DNA of 64,000 nt from a virus (Duplodnaviria; Caudoviricetes), in IMG/VR virus record IMGVR_UViG_3300038673_000493, positions 26,580 to 90,579 of that record; one strand, written 5' to 3'. Under the pieces are notes generated by a model, which was not told where the DNA came from, ran no database searches, and worked only from the letters and a program-made list of their open reading frames with translations. Every line of letters starts with the position of its first letter. The first letter of the stretch is position 1. The translations under genes were made by a program, and so were the position numbers. Below are positions 18,010 to 27,624 of the stretch, one piece after another.

Positions 18010-18476
18010 TTCCCTACCTCGAAATGCATCCAGTCATAGTTTTTCAGCCGACCAAGACTTAACCATCCATGATCTTCAAAGATGTCGATCATATCTTTGT
18101 ATTCTTTCCTCGCAAACCTTGCGGTCTTTTTCGTTTCGTTCATCTGGTTACGTTGCGGATCAAGGTCAATAGCCGTCCCCCAAGCATGGCGTGACCATGA
18201 ACTGCCTCCACGAATAGCTCGATAGTTGAAGCACCCGCCGAACAGGTCAATGCCCAATGCCTTAATTTTATCCAGTCCGTAGGCATCAAGGATGCTGAAG
18301 AAAATATCTTCCACGTTTGCCACTTCCAATTTATGGCATCTAATCCTCTTAACGGTCACGGAAGTGTCCCATGCGATGACCAAGGGAAAGGGTACATTCG
18401 CATAAGCCAGATAAGTCCCTGCTTGGTTTGGCTTGCCATACTTCTCAACCATTTCCTGTATGCTATATTGTTTCAT
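18006..18476 (-). CDS. endolysin, peptidase M15 family
   Basis: FNYR, SRHAWGTAID, DWMHFE zinc-peptidase motifs. Confidence 0.9.
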   Translation of the reverse strand: MKQYSIQEMVEKYGKPNQAGTYLAYANVPFPLVIAWDTSVTVKRIRCHKLEVANVEDIFFSILDAYGLDKIKALGIDLFGGCFNYRAIRGGSSWSRHAWGTAIDLDPQRNQMNETKKTARFARKEYKDMIDIFEDHGWLSLGRLKNYDWMHFEVGK

Positions 18477-18479
18477 CTT

Positions 18480-21203
18480 TCATTTCCTTCTCAAAATAAT
18501 TTGGTAATCTTGATATATGATTTCATAATTACCAGTTTCTAATGCGTAAGGAATAACTTTCTTTGCTTTACCTTCATAATTCGGACCAACAATATCGTCA
18601 AACATTATAACCGAATTTGCAATTAAATTCTTCTCGGCTAATTTAAAAGCCTCTAAATGAAAGTTCGCTGAATTGTCCTTGCCATGTCCTTCTTTATCAT
18701 CATAGTCAAGAGCATCAATGTAAATTCCATGAATAGTCTTATCATAATCTTTTAAAAATTGCAACCCGTCTTGACAAAGCAATTCAATATTTGAAGTCAG
18801 CAGATTTTGGGAAGCTAAATTTTCTTTACAGTTTTTAATGCTTTCTTCGGAAATATCAACTGCGGTCAATTGTCCTGCATAATTTTTAACATACCACGCA
18901 AAAACAGAAGTTGAATTACCATCACCAGGTAAATCTGGATCTCCGGGTAATCTTCTCACAGTTCCTATTTCTATAAGATTCGGAATTATATCACCATTAA
19001 AATTATCATAAATACTTTGCAGATACTTTTTAAAAGTCGTTTGCCGTCGTGAATTTCGTAAAATCGGGGCAGTTGTGAAGTCGAGTATGTTTTTCTCTTT
19101 TACAAGCGGTAGCCGCTGATATACCATGTCTGCCGTGATGTTTTTAGTACAAGCAAAGTCTTTATTGTGAAAACAGCCCTCATCCCATGATCTATTCGGA
19201 ATAAAAATGTCATTCAAACATCCGGTGCAATCACCCTCTCCTTCTATTCTAACATTGTCAGATTGAAATTCAACGAACGGTTCAGAGAATCCTGAAATCA
19301 TAACAACTTGTTTTCCTAATGCCCAAGCAAGCCAAGCTAAACCAGAAGCAAGACCGATAAAGAACTCACATCCTAAAAGATTCCCCATCGTAATATCAAT
19401 ATGATTGTTTGTGGCATCAATCACATTTTTCAATTGTGTTTTCTCTTTGCTGATTGCCACTACATTATAACCGTCAGCATTAAGCCTATCAACAAGTTCT
19501 TGCCAAGCTCCAGGGTTATTCCAAAATTTACATTTTGCTGTAGAAAATTCTGAAATGCAAACGTATCGTTTTGGACGTTTGATCTTTGCAATATAGACAT
19601 TGCTGGTATCCACTTTTGGTTTAATCTCTTTGTATTCAAGTCCCAAAATATCACTTGCTATCCGTTGCAAAGGAACAGTTCTCCAATCTCTTGGGTGTCT
19701 GTATTGACGATCTGCATGGTAAACACCAATGCTGTAATGAGCATAAAGTCCTTTTATTACTGAACCAGGTTTCACAAATTCAATTTCAGGATATGCTTTC
19801 TTCAGCAAATAATTATGGTAAGTACACACAATCATCTTGCAATCATGCTTTTTCCTAAATTCTTCACAATAAGGAATCCAACAAATAGTGTCTCCTAATG
19901 ATTTAGAATCAAACGATATGAACACTCGTTTTCCTTTAGCATCATATTTATGTTGGAAAATAATTTCATTTCCTTTTCTGACTGTAATTTCCCAATTCGC
20001 AAAATACTTTGCATTAGCTCTTGCCCATCCGTCTTTCTTTATGAAGATGAAAAAATCTTCTTTAGCTTCATCCAGATTAACAAAAGAGATTTTATATTCT
20101 CCTTCTTTAATGCCGTGAGTTTCTAAAAAAGGACCTTGAATAAAATTACAATCAAATGTTACTGGATATTTTTCTTTCTTTTTAGGAGCTAATTCTTCAA
20201 GCACTTTGAGGGCAATTTTAGCGGCATTCCCCCAAGACCACTTTTCAGCAAATCCTTTTGCCTCATTTCTGAATCTAATACGAAGATCCTCACAAGCATA
20301 ATAAGAATGTTTTAATGCCCGTTCTAAATCATCAAAATCAGGTTCTGCCCAAGTACCAGGACAATCAGGCATATTATAAACATTAACTGGTTTCTTATGC
20401 TCTTTGATTCTGACTTGCAAATCTTCATGAGTATGAAAATCAAGTTGGGCTCCATACTGAGAACAAATTGAAGGAATACCACAAGCTATTGCTTCCATCA
20501 AAGGAAGATTCCAACCTTCTGCCCTTGCACAAGATACAAAAGTATGTACTTTATTTCGGAGAAATTCAACTTGATCTTCTCTGGATAAAAAAGGCATCGG
20601 CAATAAACGAGGATCAATAAATCCATAACGGGTAAATCGTTCTTGTGTGCTGGTCATTTCATCAACAGGAAAAGGATTATCAACTGATAAGTAAAGACGA
20701 ACATTTGGAAATGTTTCTCTGGGGAAAGTTTTCAACCATGTTTCAATAACTTCTTTTGTTGCTTTGCGATCTTCCCATCTTCCAACATAATAAAAATTAC
20801 AATTGCCTTTTTTAGTATATTCAGTTGATGGATAAAAGATGCTTGAATCAACTCCTTCAGGAATTACTTTAACTCTATCAGCAGGGAAACCTTGAACAAT
20901 GGCACAACCTGCTTGCCACTTAGAAGGAACCCATAATTGATCGAATGTTAAAAGCTGTTTGAAGAAATCATCGGGGTATCTTGTTGATTCCCACACATTG
21001 AAGGCTATTTTTGTACCAGAATAATTTTGATAAAAAACAGAATCTCCTACTGTACCTAAAACAATCGTGCATTTATTGGCACTTTCGTTTTCTGTTGGAA
21101 CTAGCTTTTTTAATTCATTCCAAAAGAATTTGGCATGTTGTCCATACCCTGTAATTTCCGATCCTCTAAAAACAAAATTTACTTTTCCAAACATGGATTG
21201 CAC
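18480..21203 (-). CDS. three-domain fusion: GT4 glycosyltransferase + AAH/TibC-like O-heptosyltransferase + class I SAM methyltransferase
   Basis: WES..P and EGWNLPLMEA (GT4); SKSLGDTICWIPY, EFFIGLASGLAWLAWA, CxxC..C..C (heptosyltransferase); IEIGT, IYIDA (MTase). Confidence 0.85.
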   Translation of the reverse strand: MQSMFGKVNFVFRGSEITGYGQHAKFFWNELKKLVPTENESANKCTIVLGTVGDSVFYQNYSGTKIAFNVWESTRYPDDFFKQLLTFDQLWVPSKWQAGCAIVQGFPADRVKVIPEGVDSSIFYPSTEYTKKGNCNFYYVGRWEDRKATKEVIETWLKTFPRETFPNVRLYLSVDNPFPVDEMTSTQERFTRYGFIDPRLLPMPFLSREDQVEFLRNKVHTFVSCARAEGWNLPLMEAIACGIPSICSQYGAQLDFHTHEDLQVRIKEHKKPVNVYNMPDCPGTWAEPDFDDLERALKHSYYACEDLRIRFRNEAKGFAEKWSWGNAAKIALKVLEELAPKKKEKYPVTFDCNFIQGPFLETHGIKEGEYKISFVNLDEAKEDFFIFIKKDGWARANAKYFANWEITVRKGNEIIFQHKYDAKGKRVFISFDSKSLGDTICWIPYCEEFRKKHDCKMIVCTYHNYLLKKAYPEIEFVKPGSVIKGLYAHYSIGVYHADRQYRHPRDWRTVPLQRIASDILGLEYKEIKPKVDTSNVYIAKIKRPKRYVCISEFSTAKCKFWNNPGAWQELVDRLNADGYNVVAISKEKTQLKNVIDATNNHIDITMGNLLGCEFFIGLASGLAWLAWALGKQVVMISGFSEPFVEFQSDNVRIEGEGDCTGCLNDIFIPNRSWDEGCFHNKDFACTKNITADMVYQRLPLVKEKNILDFTTAPILRNSRRQTTFKKYLQSIYDNFNGDIIPNLIEIGTVRRLPGDPDLPGDGNSTSVFAWYVKNYAGQLTAVDISEESIKNCKENLASQNLLTSNIELLCQDGLQFLKDYDKTIHGIYIDALDYDDKEGHGKDNSANFHLEAFKLAEKNLIANSVIMFDDIVGPNYEGKAKKVIPYALETGNYEIIYQDYQIILRRK

Positions 21204-21218
21204 CTCTCTTGTTTATTT

Positions 21219-21227
21219 ATGATAGCA
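21219..21227 (-). promoter_or_regulatory. possible extended -10 element TGCTATCAT upstream of the GT fusion and lysis genes
   Basis: One mismatch to the TGCTATAAT element at 1591/8091; GAGAGG RBS downstream. Confidence 0.35.
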
Positions 21228-21268
21228 TACACTTTTTTATAAAATCTGCAATATTTTATTTAATTCAT

Positions 21269-21862
21269 TTATCCTTTTGTCAAACTAATAATTGCAATCA
21301 CAATTCCTGATACACCGAAAATAATTCCTATTGCCGCGGTCACATAAGACCACATAGCTGTTTTTCCTTCTTGCTGTCCAGTATCGGTATCCCTTGAACG
21401 CCTCAACCTTCGTACTTCTGCAAGCAATTCAACCATCATAGGATCGGCTACAGCTTGTTTCCCTGATCCAACATAAGAAGATTTTTCTAAAGCGGCTACT
21501 CTTTCAATCAACTGTTCTGTGGATTGTGATATTTGAGTGGCAAGAACGTCAGCCTGCCTAGAAGCTCTTTCAGAAGCAATAGCAACAGCTCCTACATCCA
21601 CTGCACGAATCGCATCAATCCTTTTACTTTCTGCAACAGCAAGTTTTTCTTGATATTCAGCCCGCAATTTCATAATCTCAGAAATATGACGAAGCTCGGA
21701 AACTTGCAAGTCCTCAAGACGTTTTGTATCACTTTTTCGGAGATCATCCAACCGATTAACAGCATTAATGACAAGTTGAATTACATTTGCCGTTGGATCA
21801 ATAACTGGACCACCACTTGAATCAACTCCAAGTCCTGTAGGTCTTTTATCTATATCGTCCAT
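21269..21862 (-). CDS. coiled-coil protein with C-terminal TM
   Basis: AAGGAG RBS before ATG 21862; hydrophobic C-terminus. Confidence 0.7.
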   Translation of the reverse strand: MDDIDKRPTGLGVDSSGGPVIDPTANVIQLVINAVNRLDDLRKSDTKRLEDLQVSELRHISEIMKLRAEYQEKLAVAESKRIDAIRAVDVGAVAIASERASRQADVLATQISQSTEQLIERVAALEKSSYVGSGKQAVADPMMVELLAEVRRLRRSRDTDTGQQEGKTAMWSYVTAAIGIIFGVSGIVIAIISLTKG

Positions 21863-21872
21863 GTTATCTCCT

Positions 21873-22397
21873 TTATTTGTCAGGATCATCACAATGATCA
21901 GATGATCTTCTACCAGAATTTCGTTGCTTACAAATTTCTTTTTGAGTTTTAAGACACCCCTCAAGTTTAACAATCATCAATTCGTTTTTTGCTGTTCTTC
22001 CGTTAGCTATTTCCATATGAGTATTTACAGCATCTAATCGCTTAATAATCTCCATACTACTTTCTTTGTATTCTAAACGATTTTTATGGATAGCATCCTG
22101 CAATTCTTTTGTCATTCTCATATTAAGCTTTTCAAGAGTGCTGGCTGTCTGCTTAGTAATTTCTGCAAGGTCACGGGCAGTTTCTTTCCTCAAACTTTCA
22201 ACCTCTTCAGCGGCTTCTTTTCTTGTCTTTTCTATACCCTCAGCGGCTTTATTTTTTGCTTCCTCAACTCCCTCAGCATTAAGGCGTCCTCTAGTTTCAA
22301 GACGATCAAAATATTTCTTAGCAAAGAAACCGGTTATAACAACTAAACCCCCATTCAATCCGAAACTTATTAAAATTGCAGGCACATTAAATTCCAT
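21873..22397 (-). CDS. N-terminal TM + coiled-coil protein
   Basis: Hydrophobic N-terminus, long charged helix. Confidence 0.7.
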   Translation of the reverse strand: MEFNVPAILISFGLNGGLVVITGFFAKKYFDRLETRGRLNAEGVEEAKNKAAEGIEKTRKEAAEEVESLRKETARDLAEITKQTASTLEKLNMRMTKELQDAIHKNRLEYKESSMEIIKRLDAVNTHMEIANGRTAKNELMIVKLEGCLKTQKEICKQRNSGRRSSDHCDDPDK

Positions 22398-22584
22398 TTG
22401 CTTTCATTGCTCCTTCTCCAAGAGAATGAACAACACTAAACCTGTCAGGAAAATATGTCCCATTTCCAGGATTAACAAGAGATGTTGTTCCTCTTTGCCA
22501 TATATCCATTCCCCCATTGATAATAATATTACGATTCATTGAAGGAGTAATACTAACTGGTGATTCTAATTTTCCTGTTTTCAT
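22387..22584 (-). pseudogene. truncated tail-fibre carbohydrate-binding domain fragment
   Basis: NRNIIINGGMDIWQRG...YFPDRF motif, ending after 65 aa. Confidence 0.55.
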
Positions 22585-22596
22585 AATTTAATCCTT

Positions 22597-23247
22597 TTAT
22601 TTCCACGAACCGCCTACTTTAATTTTATTTGCTGATACGCTTTTCCAAACACCACCAACTTTAATTTGTGTGCTTGATATTGCTCTCCAAACACCGTTTA
22701 CTTTTATCATCTTTGCATTGCCGCCACCTTCTCCATGCTCTACCTCAATCCACATTTGATAATATGTCGGACTAGCATAATTATTTTTATCTGTACGGTC
22801 ACCAGTTATGTGTATTCTTGCGACTAAAGCATCAATATCTGACCATGTCCACGCACTAGAATTTGAAGGATTTAATGCAAAGGTTCTACTATATATTGCT
22901 GTGGTTGTAGTTAATTGTTCTGAATTGACTCCACCGTAATATTGAGTTGACCCAATTTTAAGGGAAAGTTCTATTGTGGCATTTTGTGTGCCGGACATAA
23001 CTTTTTTCGCATATACTTTTAAAACAACACTACTAATATCATCATCTTCGGTAGTATGATTTGCAAATCCATACTCCTCAAAAGCATCTCCTCCAGACAT
23101 GGAACAATTAATTTCAAGATAATCACTTTCATTTAAAGTTGCTTCATCAATATTTGTATATTTGTTGCCAGCGGAAACAGAAGGAGTACCTGTAATTGCT
23201 GCATTATTTGTAACGTCAGAGGTTGGTCTTGTGGTAAAAGTTGACAT
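22597..23247 (-). CDS. virion/fibre-associated protein with C-terminal KVxGVW repeats
   Basis: Beta-rich body; KVNGVW / KVGGVW / KVGGSW. Confidence 0.65.
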   Translation of the reverse strand: MSTFTTRPTSDVTNNAAITGTPSVSAGNKYTNIDEATLNESDYLEINCSMSGGDAFEEYGFANHTTEDDDISSVVLKVYAKKVMSGTQNATIELSLKIGSTQYYGGVNSEQLTTTTAIYSRTFALNPSNSSAWTWSDIDALVARIHITGDRTDKNNYASPTYYQMWIEVEHGEGGGNAKMIKVNGVWRAISSTQIKVGGVWKSVSANKIKVGGSWK

Positions 23248-23859
23248 TTACATTCCCCAAAAAACATCGAATGGAGGTGTTTTAAAATTCTTTACGTCAT
23301 TATAAAACCCACGACCTTTAGGACAATAGGACAAAGATAAAAGGATACCGTCAACAATTTCAGTTTCTCCTTTGAGATATCTATCATAGGATGCTAAATA
23401 AATTATATCTGTTGGTTTTTGAGGTCGATCATCTATCCAACAATTAAAGCCAAGTGTTTTCATGCACTCTCGTTCTTCCATTTTTAAATCCCCACACCAA
23501 TCACAACTGCCAGCAATGGGATAATATTCTTTAAAAGCAGCAAAATTTAATAAGGCATTAAAATCAACGAAAGCCTGATACGTTTCAAATCCTTGTTGTC
23601 TTAAAATTTCGTACATTTCCAAAGTGTATTTAGTTCTTTCTTCTTCCAAAACAGTTTTAATATCTACCGTGGACTTAACTGCACTATCAGCAGAAATAGT
23701 GGTAGCAACTCCAATCTTTGTTTCAATAATAGCTTTTGCTTCAGTAACAGATTTGGCAGTTGCTAAAGACTCTATTCGTGCTTTATTAAAAGCACGATGC
23801 TTGTCTATTACCGCCCGACAAAGTAAAAGCCGATCAATGTCTTTTTGCTCGATTGCCAT
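23248..23859 (-). CDS. hypothetical protein
   Basis: 203 aa; GAGG RBS. Confidence 0.65.
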   Translation of the reverse strand: MAIEQKDIDRLLLCRAVIDKHRAFNKARIESLATAKSVTEAKAIIETKIGVATTISADSAVKSTVDIKTVLEEERTKYTLEMYEILRQQGFETYQAFVDFNALLNFAAFKEYYPIAGSCDWCGDLKMEERECMKTLGFNCWIDDRPQKPTDIIYLASYDRYLKGETEIVDGILLSLSYCPKGRGFYNDVKNFKTPPFDVFWGM

Positions 23860-23869
23860 GATGTACCTC

Positions 23870-25213
23870 TTATGTATATTGGAAATACAATGATCCGTCA
23901 GGAATGCCGCTTGTTCCTATAGTACCAGCAGTTCCATAGTACACATTGACAGCACGACCTGATGTTCCATCTGAATAAGCTCCTGTTATCTGTACTGATT
24001 CAAATACACCACTTGTACTCATAGTGCCTGATGTTCCAGATGTTCCAGAAGTGCCTTCACCTGATGTTCCAGATGTTCCATTTCCTGAAGTACCACTTGT
24101 GCCTGATGTTCCACTTGTGCCATCAGCACCATCTTCTCCTGAAGTACCGCTTGTGCCATCATCACCACTTGTTCCTGATGTTCCGTTTACTCCTGATGTT
24201 CCACTTGTACCATCAGCACCATCTTCTCCTGATGTGCCACTTGTTCCAGATGTTCCATTTCCAGAAGTACCTGATGTGCCGCTTGTACCGTCAGCTCCAT
24301 CTATTCCAGATGTGCCACTTGTGCCATCAGCACCATCTTCTCCTGACGTACCTGATGTTCCATTTACTCCTGATGTTCCTGAAGAACCATCAACTCCTGA
24401 AGTACCGCTTGTGCCGCCTGTCCCGGATGTACCACTTGTTCCGTCGGCACCATCTTCTCCAGAAGTGCCTGAAGTGCCATCAGCCCCATCTTCTCCTGAA
24501 GTACCGGAAGTGCCATTTTCTCCTGATGTACCACTCGTACCATCGGTTCCATCAACACCGCTTGTTCCTGATGTTCCTTCTCCTGATGTACCAGAAGTGC
24601 CTGATGTTCCATTTCCAGAAGTACCTGATGTGCCGCTTGTACCGTCAGCTCCATCTATTCCAGATGTGCCACTTGTGCCTTCACCAGATGTTCCTGATGT
24701 GCCACTTGTGCCACCAGTTCCGGATGCCCCACTTGTTCCAGAAGTGCCTGCAACTCCTGAAGTTCCACTTGTGCCTGCAACTCCTGAAGTTCCAGAAGTC
24801 CCATCTTCTCCGGAAGTGCCGCTTGTACCTGATGTTCCTTCTCCTGATGTACCAGAAGTGCCTGATGTTCCATCTCCAGAAGTACCACTTGTGCCATCAG
24901 CACCATCTACTCCAGAAGTACCTGATGTTCCATCTACTCCAGATGTTCCTGATGTACCAGATGTTCCTTCACCAGATGTTCCTGATGTACCTGATGTTCC
25001 AGAAGTTCCATCTCCAGATGTTCCACTTGTACCATCTTCTCCAGAAGTACCTGATGTTCCATCTACTCCAGAAGTACCTGATGTGCCACTTGTGCCATCA
25101 TCTCCAGGTATTCCTTGAGGACCTTCTTCCATTTGAACAATAATGATAGGATCAGGCTCACTCTCAATAATAATTATGTTATCTTCACCCTCAATAAATA
25201 TTTCATCACTCAT
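23870..25213 (-). CDS. Gly-Thr-Ser repeat, collagen-like fibre protein
   Basis: GPQGIPG then about 365 aa of Gly-X-Y (mostly GTS); C-terminal PDGSLYFQY motif. Confidence 0.85.
   Translation of the reverse strand: MSDEIFIEGEDNIIIIESEPDPIIIVQMEEGPQGIPGDDGTSGTSGTSGVDGTSGTSGEDGTSGTSGDGTSGTSGTSGTSGEGTSGTSGTSGVDGTSGTSGVDGADGTSGTSGDGTSGTSGTSGEGTSGTSGTSGEDGTSGTSGVAGTSGTSGVAGTSGTSGASGTGGTSGTSGTSGEGTSGTSGIDGADGTSGTSGTSGNGTSGTSGTSGEGTSGTSGVDGTDGTSGTSGENGTSGTSGEDGADGTSGTSGEDGADGTSGTSGTGGTSGTSGVDGSSGTSGVNGTSGTSGEDGADGTSGTSGIDGADGTSGTSGTSGNGTSGTSGTSGEDGADGTSGTSGVNGTSGTSGDDGTSGTSGEDGADGTSGTSGTSGTSGNGTSGTSGEGTSGTSGTSGTMSTSGVFESVQITGAYSDGTSGRAVNVYYGTAGTIGTSGIPDGSLYFQYT
24031..25100 (-). repeat. degenerate 9-bp (GGN ACN TCN/AGT) tandem coding repeat
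   Basis: Visible periodicity with synonymous variation. Confidence 0.9.
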
Positions 25214-25637
25214 TTCTGGTCACCGCCGGAGTTATTGTAGCAACACCATATTGTTTCAGAACGGCTTCTCCTGAGGGATTGTACAAGAATAAATCGTAAG
25301 CTCCTACGATTTCCTTGTGAGCATTACACAAACCTGCTGTATCGTTATCTCGTAAATAAATACGCCATTTTCCAATATCATCAACATCATATTCATCATC
25401 GTATTCATCATTATAAAAATAAATACCCGTATCACCGTCAGGTGTCCACGCTTCTCTCTTATGAGGAACTTCTAACAATACTGTATCATTTTTTATTTTG
25501 GATCTGATTTGCATGTTTGCGGTATATCCTGTAAGATTAACAGGAATGGCAGGATCTCCAGTTTTCCATTGAAAACTTTTATCAAATGTACCGCCTTCAA
25601 TAATTGTAATATCCACGTTAGCCGCAATACATTTCAT
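25206..25637 (-). CDS. fibre anchor / baseplate-upper-like virion protein
   Basis: ITIIEGGTF...W...VNLTGYTANMQIR motif, common upstream of collagen-like fibres. Confidence 0.6.
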   Translation of the reverse strand: MKCIAANVDITIIEGGTFDKSFQWKTGDPAIPVNLTGYTANMQIRSKIKNDTVLLEVPHKREAWTPDGDTGIYFYNDEYDDEYDVDDIGKWRIYLRDNDTAGLCNAHKEIVGAYDLFLYNPSGEAVLKQYGVATITPAVTRNE

Positions 25638-25712
25638 TGTAATTCTCCTTACTTATTTATTTCATTCTAATAAAAAAAGTTCCAAAAAGCAAGTTCTAAT
25701 TATATTTATCTT

Positions 25713-25770
25713 ATGGATAATGCCACTCTCCCTGTGTTTCCATCTTTGCTTGACTTAATGCTTTTTTCAT
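25713..25770 (-). pseudogene. decayed fourth copy of the RBP N-terminal segment
   Basis: Near-identical to 26548-26618 apart from an internal deletion of about 13 nt. Confidence 0.8.
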
Positions 25771-25778
25771 AAAATATT

Positions 25779-26672
25779 TTACCAAGTATAATCTTTATCT
25801 GTGGTTGTTATAAGAACTTTATCTAACCAAATAAAATTATTAGATCGACAGACCCATTCTATGCCATTTAATCCTTCAAAAGCATTATCTGATAAAGCTA
25901 TTCCAGAACCCACTACATCATCATCTATTGTTATTAAAATTTCTCTTCCAGAACCAAAAACTGTTATTTTAAATTCATGCCAAACATCATAAGATATGGT
26001 GGTGACAGTATCAGAATTAACTAAAATACTTTCATTACCATTTACATACAAAACTAATTTTAAAACACCTAAAGAATAATAATAATAACAATTAATACGC
26101 GGGTAAAAACCATTAGTGTACAAAGGCTCAAAATACCAAAGAGCAGATCCACTAGGAATTAAAAATCTAATGGAATAAATAAAATTATTAGGAAATAAAA
26201 AATCCCAATAATTTACATAACTATTATCAGAAAATCGGAGACTTGCAGAACCGCTATAATATTGTGCTGTATCAATTTCAACATTTTCTAGATTATCTGG
26301 AATAAGCCCTTGTGCTTCTTCAATCCAAGTAGTTGCCCCATCCATACCATCAAAATTACATTTAAATATTTCTCTTACCACAGGTGCAGGTTTAACCGAA
26401 CTCATTCCACTACTATTTTTAGGATTAGCTTCCACTTTATTCATAATAACATAAGTTCCAGATACTTTTCCAATTAAAACAATCATTCCTACTCGCAAAT
26501 CATTCAGATCATATAGATAGGTGCCTGTCGAAATTAGGCCATTTTTCATGGCTAATGTCACTCTCCCTTTATTTCTGTCTATAGCTAGTATCTTCGCTTG
26601 ACTTAATGCTTTTTTCACGGCATTCTCTTTAAAAATTCTATTTACCATATATGTTTTAAAACCAATATTCAT
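25779..26672 (-). CDS. receptor-binding protein paralog 3 (conserved N-domain + ConA-like beta-sandwich); likely start GTG 26618
   Basis: KGRVTL..KNGLIS.GTYL.D.NDLRVGM N-domain shared with paralogs 1 and 2. Confidence 0.65.
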   Translation of the reverse strand: MNIGFKTYMVNRIFKENAVKKALSQAKILAIDRNKGRVTLAMKNGLISTGTYLYDLNDLRVGMIVLIGKVSGTYVIMNKVEANPKNSSGMSSVKPAPVVREIFKCNFDGMDGATTWIEEAQGLIPDNLENVEIDTAQYYSGSASLRFSDNSYVNYWDFLFPNNFIYSIRFLIPSGSALWYFEPLYTNGFYPRINCYYYYSLGVLKLVLYVNGNESILVNSDTVTTISYDVWHEFKITVFGSGREILITIDDDVVGSGIALSDNAFEGLNGIEWVCRSNNFIWLDKVLITTTDKDYTW

Positions 26673-27624
26673 CAGTTTGAGAATTTAATCCAAAAATTTC
26701 AAAATTACTTCTGCCCCCACCACCTAAAAAATCTTTATATACATTTGATAAACATACGGATATTCCATTACCGACAACTTTATTTAAAACTTTTCTATAT
26801 CCTAAATACACAATTAAATGAAATCCATATCCCACACTAGGAAATATCTTAGTATAACCAGGAATTCCATAATCAGGAATTTCCCAAGAATCTATAAGAT
26901 TGTTTTTATATTTCCAATTCCATTCATTATTTGTTATATTTAATTGTATAATTTTTGTAAGAAAATTTTCAAATGAATAAATATCTGAATTATAATATTC
27001 ATCATTAGTAACATCCGATCGTAACACGGTTAATGCATTATATAGAGATAAAATCTCATTATATCTAAAAGATATTTCAAATGTTATTTCAGAATCTATG
27101 GAGTAGGAAGGAAAAACAGAACTAAACATATAGAAAAAACCATCCCCCCAATTATAACAAATCGGAGAAGAAGCCCCTACCAAACAACTATCTGCAATGA
27201 GAAGGGAAGAATAACCATCTAATTCTGGATATATTCTACTTCTTTCTTCCCAAACACCTCCAACTTTTTCTCGATAATGATATGTATTTGTCCAAATACT
27301 AGTATTAATAATAGATTGATCAAAATGATCATTTATCACAACCACATCATCAATGATTAATTTGATATAATCAATACCGCTATTTGAAATTAATGGAAGA
27401 ATTGAACTTAACCCCGATCCATTTTTAGGACTAGCGGCAACTTTATCTAAAATAACTTTAGTACCATCTAAATCTCCAATAAGAACTGTCATTCCTTCTC
27501 TCAAATCATTTATGTCATGCAGATATGTACCAACAGAAACTAACCCGTTTTTGGTAAACAAAGTTACTCTGCCTTTGTTTTTGTCTATTGATACCACTCT
27601 TGCTTGATCAAAGCTTTTTATCAT
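26656..27624 (-). CDS. receptor-binding protein paralog 2
   Basis: Same N-domain; divergent aromatic, beta-rich C-terminus. Confidence 0.65.
   Translation of the reverse strand: MIKSFDQARVVSIDKNKGRVTLFTKNGLVSVGTYLHDINDLREGMTVLIGDLDGTKVILDKVAASPKNGSGLSSILPLISNSGIDYIKLIIDDVVVINDHFDQSIINTSIWTNTYHYREKVGGVWEERSRIYPELDGYSSLLIADSCLVGASSPICYNWGDGFFYMFSSVFPSYSIDSEITFEISFRYNEILSLYNALTVLRSDVTNDEYYNSDIYSFENFLTKIIQLNITNNEWNWKYKNNLIDSWEIPDYGIPGYTKIFPSVGYGFHLIVYLGYRKVLNKVVGNGISVCLSNVYKDFLGGGGRSNFEIFGLNSQTDEYWF

Noticed and set aside
24024-25143. Long + strand ORFs (PDVP-rich 364 aa; MFQ-rich 370 aa)
   Set aside because: Antisense shadows of the GTS repeat, which lacks stops in those frames; no RBS; opposite to operon direction
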